From the NCBI GenBank assembly GCA_037481835.1, contig JBBFKW010000004.1, forward strand, positions 46,569-110,568: 64,000 nt of DNA, read 5' to 3'. Position numbers and translations under genes: made by a program. The stretch comes from Desulfosoma sp. (lineage in GTDB: Bacteria > Desulfobacterota > Syntrophobacteria > Syntrophobacterales > DSM-9756). Positions 59,554-64,000 of this stretch are shown in pieces; the first letter of the stretch is position 1; every line of letters starts with the position of its first letter. The notes beneath the pieces were generated by a model. The model ran no database searches. It worked only from the letters and a program-made list of their open reading frames with translations, and was not told the origin of the DNA.

Positions 59554-60381
59554 TCAGAACCGGAGGGCTTTGCGAATCCCTTTGAATTTCAAGATGTCCT
59601 GGGTCCTCTTGAGGAGCGTCCCGATGTGGGCCACGTCCTTTCCCGCCCCGGGGCCGCGCACGCCGCCCGCCCTCATGGCCCCGATCCAGTCCAGGAGTTC
59701 GGCCGTGGCGGGCGGTTTTTCGAAACCTTCCTCCCGAAGCCGATAGAAGGTCTCCAAAGAGGCGTGCAGGAACGCCTCCGGGATGTCCGGGTAGTGAAGC
59801 CGCACGATTTTCACCATCTCCTCGGGACCGGGAAAGGGAATGTAATGGCAGAAACAGCGCCGCAGGAACGGGTCTGAAAGCTCCCGCTTGGCATTGCTCG
59901 TAATGATAATGATCGGCCGCTGTTTCGCCCGGATCTTGTGGTTGATTTCCCGGATGATGAAGGCCCCGTCTTCCAGGACATCCAGAAGATTGTCTTGGGT
60001 GTCTGAATCCGTCTTGTCGATTTCGTCCAGAAGGAGCACGCGGCGATCCTCGCACGTGAAGGCCCGGCCGATGGGCCCGAACCGGATGTAGTCCCAAATG
60101 TTGTTCACATCTCGGCCCGTGTCCCCTGAGCCGAACCGGGAGTCATTGAGCCGAAGGACCGTGTCGTAGACATAGCACAGTTCTTCGCCCTTGAAAGTGG
60201 ACTTGCACCGTGCCTCCTCCATGCGCAGGTTGAGGGCTCGGGCGATTTCGAAAGCGAGTTGGGTCTTGCCCGTGCCGGCTTCCCCGGTGAGAAGGAGGGG
60301 TTTTCCCATGGCGATGGCAATGTTGACGATTTCCCGAAGCTCCGAATTGAGATAGTAGCGGTCGGTTCCTTCAAACCGCAT
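59554..60381 (-). CDS. MoxR-family AAA+ ATPase
   Basis: GEAGTGKT, LLDEIDK, ITSN..RELSDPFLRRC, ELLDW. Confidence 0.9.
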   Translation of the reverse strand: MRFEGTDRYYLNSELREIVNIAIAMGKPLLLTGEAGTGKTQLAFEIARALNLRMEEARCKSTFKGEELCYVYDTVLRLNDSRFGSGDTGRDVNNIWDYIRFGPIGRAFTCEDRRVLLLDEIDKTDSDTQDNLLDVLEDGAFIIREINHKIRAKQRPIIIITSNAKRELSDPFLRRCFCHYIPFPGPEEMVKIVRLHYPDIPEAFLHASLETFYRLREEGFEKPPATAELLDWIGAMRAGGVRGPGAGKDVAHIGTLLKRTQDILKFKGIRKALRF

Positions 60382-60729
60382 GGGGCTGGATTCGCAAACA
60401 TTCTGCACGACGAACCTCCTGTGAGGGGACGCTGCGGCTTTCGCATCCGTTGTCATTTCCCGCCGATCGGCGGCATCATAGAGTATTTCGAAACGCTCTT
60501 GAAGCCTAGATGCGAGCATGTCTTCGGCGCGCCTTTTCTTAAAGCCGCCAGGGATTCGCGGCGAGGTTCATGGCCTGCGGCGCGGCCACAGAGGGCTTTC
60601 GGAGGCGCCCGCCCTGTGGTATGGATGGTTGAAAGAGAAACGGCGGAAACGGCAGAACGACACGCAGGGCCATCCCGAAACGCGCCGGAACGCTCTCATT
60701 CGGTGCGACCAAAGGAGGCAAAATCCGCG

Positions 60730-61944
60730 GTGAAACGCTCCTCCGTGGCTTCGTTCAATGTGTGGGCCGGGCGGCCGACGCCGTCTTTCGCCCTGAGTCT
60801 CTTTTTGGCCTGCACACTCACCTTCGGATTTTACACCGCATCCTACATGCGCATCCCCGTGGTGCCGCTCTACGCCAAAAGCCTGGGGGCGGGGACCGCC
60901 ACCGTGGGCTGGATCAATTCCGTTTTCTTTTTGACGGCCGGGTGCCTTTCCCTTCCTGTCGGGCTTCTCTCCGACCGCTGGGGGCGGAAACGCCTTGCCT
61001 TTTGGGGCGTCCTGGTGGTGAGCCTCACCTCCTTCGCCCTAGCCTGGGCTGAAACACCATTGCATCTCATGATCATTTATTTCTTCTTTGGAATCGGTCT
61101 TTCGGCTTACGGCCCCACCATGATGAGTTACGTGGCGGATATTTCGCCCCTCACCCACCTGGGCCGGTCCTACGGCTGGTACACCACGTCGCTCTATGTG
61201 GGCATGAGTGTGGGGCCGGCCATCGGGGCGTGGATCGCCGAGCGGTTCGGGTTCCAGGATGTGTTTGTGGCCTCGGGGGTGGTCACGGCCGGGCTGCTCC
61301 TCGTGCTCGCTTTGTTCCTGCCCCCGCCGCCCACATCGGGTGTCAAGGCGGGGGAAAAGCCGCCCCTTCGCCGCGCCGCCGCCGAGGTTCTTCGGTGCCG
61401 TCCCTTATGGGGTTGTTGGCTCGTCACCTTGGGGCTCTGTTTCGGTCTGGGGATGTTCGTCACCTTCATCCCGCTGCATGCCCGTCAGAGCTCCATCCCC
61501 ATCGCCTCCATCGGTCTCATTTTCATGGTGCAAGGCATTTCCAATGCGCTCTTTCGCATCCCTTTCGGCCATTGGAGCGATCGGACCTCGGACCGGCGGC
61601 GTCTGGTGGCCTTGGGCTCCTTGGGAACGGCAGGGGCCATGGCGGGATTCGGCGCATCGGGCGTGCTGTGGCATTTTCTTTTGTGTGCCGGGATCTTGGG
61701 AGCCAGCCTGGCTTTGGCCTTCACGTCCATCGGAGCTCTCATCGCCGTGGTGGCCGACCCGCGCCTTCGCGGGCTCGCCATGGGAGGCTACAACACGTCG
61801 ATTTACTTCGGCATCATGGCGGCTTCGGCGGCCATGGGAACCGTCATCGCTTCCAAAGGCTACTTTTTCGCCTTCGCCGCCGCGGGGGTGCTGACCGTCG
61901 CATGCCTCATCCTTTTCGCCGCCTTGATGAGGCCCCCTCGGTGA
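60730..61944 (+). CDS. MFS transporter
   Basis: GLLSDRWGRK motif A, about 12 TM helices; AAGGAGG RBS before GTG 60730. Confidence 0.88.
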   Translation: MKRSSVASFNVWAGRPTPSFALSLFLACTLTFGFYTASYMRIPVVPLYAKSLGAGTATVGWINSVFFLTAGCLSLPVGLLSDRWGRKRLAFWGVLVVSLTSFALAWAETPLHLMIIYFFFGIGLSAYGPTMMSYVADISPLTHLGRSYGWYTTSLYVGMSVGPAIGAWIAERFGFQDVFVASGVVTAGLLLVLALFLPPPPTSGVKAGEKPPLRRAAAEVLRCRPLWGCWLVTLGLCFGLGMFVTFIPLHARQSSIPIASIGLIFMVQGISNALFRIPFGHWSDRTSDRRRLVALGSLGTAGAMAGFGASGVLWHFLLCAGILGASLALAFTSIGALIAVVADPRLRGLAMGGYNTSIYFGIMAASAAMGTVIASKGYFFAFAAAGVLTVACLILFAALMRPPR

Positions 61945-61990
61945 CGGACTTGCGAAGTCCCAAAGAGGGCGTTCCTTCGGAAAAAGGGGC

Positions 61991-62019
61991 TTGACACCCG
62001 AACGCCCCTGGGCTAGTAA
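61991..62019 (+). promoter_or_regulatory. sigma70 promoter of the tRNA pair
   Basis: TTGACA-17 bp-TAGTAA with an A-rich upstream stretch. Confidence 0.65.
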
Positions 62020-62045
62020 GAAGCCCCGTTCGTCGGTGCGACCAT

Positions 62046-62122
<77 letters not shown>

Positions 62123-62133
62123 GAAATGCACGT

Positions 62134-62209
62134 GGGCCGTTAGCTCAATGGGTAGAGCAGCTGACTCTTAATCAGGAGGTTCGGGGTTCGAGTCCCTGAC
62201 GGCCCACCA
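62134..62209 (+). tRNA. tRNA-Lys (anticodon CUU)
   Basis: Cloverleaf, CTGA-CT-CTT-AA-TCAG, GTTCGAGTC, encoded CCA. Confidence 0.97.
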
Positions 62210-62217
62210 GAAAAATC

Positions 62218-62250
62218 AAGGGGTTAGGTCAATCGGCCTAACCCCCTTTT
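62218..62250 (+). terminator. Rho-independent terminator after the tRNAs
   Basis: GGGGTTAGGTC-AATC-GGCCTAACCCC followed by a T tract. Confidence 0.8.
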
Positions 62251-62484
62251 GTTTTCGTGTCTCCACTGTGTGTCCACGGGGAACCAAAAACAATCGTAGT
62301 GGAAACCCTACCCCCTTCCGGCTCACTGTCGGGACGCAGCGCCGGAGCTCTTCTTGAGCCTCGATAGGGAGGAATCGGAAATTCCAGGGCTTCCCCAGGA
62401 GGCGGCTTCGGGAACTTGGGCCTTGGTGAAAGGGCTCCTGCGTGTTATAAGGCGTTCAGCACGGCCTAGGCCATGGAGGGTTTG

Positions 62485-63159
62485 ATGGCAGGATCTTCTC
62501 TTCCCATTCCCGAATCGGAACTGCGGCAGTGGATCGCCGCAGCCGTGGGGGACCTTTTCCAGGAAAAGCTGGACCAGCTCTTTTCGGAAAAAGTGGCGGC
62601 CTTTGTGGCGGAAAACGAACGGCGCGCCCGGGAACTGTCCCTTATGGAGCGGGTCGTTCGCGTGGAAGAGGAGCTCAAAGCCCTCAGGGAAATCGAAGCG
62701 GCCCGCTTTGACGCCTCGGAGAAGCGTTTCGAGGCGTTGCAGCGGGAGATGATCGCGCGCTTCGAAGCCATGGACAAACGGTTTGAGGCCTCGGAAAAGC
62801 GCATCGAGGCGCTGCAGCGGGAGATGATCGCGCGGTTCGAAGCCATGGACAAACGTTTCGAGGCCGTGGAGAAACGCTTCGAAGCCTTGCAGCGGGAGAT
62901 GGCCGCGCGATTCGAGGCGGTGGATAAGCGATTTGAGGCCATGAACGAACGTTTTGTGGCCATGGACCAGCGTTTTGTCGCCATGGACCAGCGTTTCGTG
63001 GCCATGGACCAGCGTTTTGTCGCCATGGGCGAGCGTTTCGTCGCCATCGAAAGGCGCTTCGAAGCCATGGACAAGCGGTTTTCCGTCTTGCAGTGGACAA
63101 TCGGCATCGGCTTTTCCATCCTCGCCATCCTCATTGGTCTCATTCGGCTTCACCCTTGA
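62485..63159 (+). CDS. Repeat-rich coiled-coil protein with a C-terminal membrane anchor (DUF1640/CCDC90-like architecture)
   Basis: RFEAMDK/RFVAMDQ heptads and RFEALQREMIA 11-mers; C-terminal TM helix; GGAGG RBS. Confidence 0.8.
   Translation: MAGSSLPIPESELRQWIAAAVGDLFQEKLDQLFSEKVAAFVAENERRARELSLMERVVRVEEELKALREIEAARFDASEKRFEALQREMIARFEAMDKRFEASEKRIEALQREMIARFEAMDKRFEAVEKRFEALQREMAARFEAVDKRFEAMNERFVAMDQRFVAMDQRFVAMDQRFVAMGERFVAIERRFEAMDKRFSVLQWTIGIGFSILAILIGLIRLHP
62704..63081 (+). repeat. Intragenic 21-bp/33-bp tandem repeats
   Basis: e.g. CGTTTTGTGGCCATGGACCAG x3 near-identical, plus a roughly three-fold 75-bp super-unit. Confidence 0.9.
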
Positions 63160-63519
63160 CCTTCCCCTGGGTCACCTGCCCGCCCGTTCCCACCATCCCG
63201 CAGATTCCGTCTTCTAAGGCCCATCGCGAACCTTTCGGCACCGGTGCCTGTCGCGGGGTTGCCGGCGCGGCGCTGCGGAAACGCAAGCCCGGCGCTCCGC
63301 AGACGTATTCTCGCCTACCGTGTCCCCCTGCCCGTGTCAGACGCATCCGAAGCCGCCCGCCGGTGGGGTCACGGCCCGTCGAGTGTCCCAGGGAAAGGGC
63401 GGGGCGGTTTGGAGTTTTAAGACGACGGCCGCCGTGGTAAAGAAACGGCTAACGAGAGGTCTTGCGGGATCGGATTGGACGCCCATCGGCACGCGGTGTT
63501 TCAGGCATGGGAGGATTTC

Positions 63520-64000
63520 ATGACGGAGAGTGCACTTTCGGCACACGGGGGCGAATTGGTCAACCTGGTCGTGGATGAATCGCGAGCCCGGGTGCTGCGC
63601 GAGCTGAGCCACGGCATTCCCAGCCTTTCGCTGAACGCACGGCAGCTGGCCGATTTGGAACTCATCCTCAACGGGGCCTTCTCTCCCTTGCGGGGCTTCA
63701 TGAAAAGCGCCGATTACGAATCGGTCCTGGACCGCATGGAGCTCCAAAACGGGACTCTCTGGCCCCTTCCCGTCTGCCTCGATGTGGCGGAAGCCGATGC
63801 CCGAACCCTGGATGCGGGCCAGTCCGTGGCGCTTCGCGACGCCGAAGGGTTCATGGTGGCCGTGCTCCACGTGGAAGACATCTGGCCCATCGACAAACTG
63901 CGGGAAGCCCACTGCATCTACGGAACCACCGACACGGCCCATCCCGGCGTGGATACCCTTTTCCATCACACCGGGACCCACTACGTGGGCGGCACGGTGG
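63520..64000 (+). CDS. sat: Sulfate adenylyltransferase (N-terminal part, runs off the window; possibly the Sat/APS-kinase fusion type)
   Basis: My translation: HGGELVNL, DLELILNGAFSPLRGFM, WPLPVCLDV, YGTTDTAHPGV; GGGAGG RBS; absent from the ORF track because it has no stop in the window. Confidence 0.9.
   Translation, partial: MTESALSAHGGELVNLVVDESRARVLRELSHGIPSLSLNARQLADLELILNGAFSPLRGFMKSADYESVLDRMELQNGTLWPLPVCLDVAEADARTLDAGQSVALRDAEGFMVAVLHVEDIWPIDKLREAHCIYGTTDTAHPGVDTLFHHTGTHYVGGTV

Noticed and set aside
63160..63519. Rex operator upstream of sat
   Set aside because: No GTG-N8-CAC site with an AT-rich core was found

Overview
GC-rich core-genome window, most likely from a sulfate-reducing Desulfobacterota (deltaproteobacterium, Syntrophobacterales-like). 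This is inferred from gene content and order: sirC-ccsA-hemA, a split F0 operon atpZ-atpI-atpB-atpE next to rex, and sat. It holds about 50 CDS: an MltD-like transglycosylase, rimO, ispB, haem genes, tatA, ssb, the plsC-rnj-ftsK-lolA-nadA-pdxA-uvrA run, hemL, a CLC channel, RNase G, a radical SAM fusion, an IscS-like protein, CoA-disulfide reductase, tamA-pagL-tamB, Kef, a 2-oxoacid:ferredoxin oxidoreductase pair, MscS, TerC, YitT, polA, ttcA, a MoxR/VWA pair and an MFS transporter. There are also two tRNAs (Arg-UCG, Lys-CUU) and several REP-like palindromes. I found no CRISPR array, transposase or prophage. The best candidate for an undescribed system is a three-gene cluster at 50248-54462: a KamA lysine 2,3-aminomutase-like radical SAM enzyme, a Ddl-like ATP-grasp ligase, and a second ATP-grasp ligase fused to a GNAT acetyltransferase. 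It plausibly makes an acetylated beta-lysine-containing peptide or a protein modification. Other oddities are an IscS homolog lacking the PLP lysine and coupled to an uncharacterised radical SAM gene, a UvrA missing its insertion domain, pagL lying between tamA and tamB, an oxidoreductase beta subunit missing one Fe-S cysteine, candidate Rex operators, and an att-like scar plus a repeat coiled-coil gene after tRNA-Lys. All calls come from motif recognition by eye; no searches were run.
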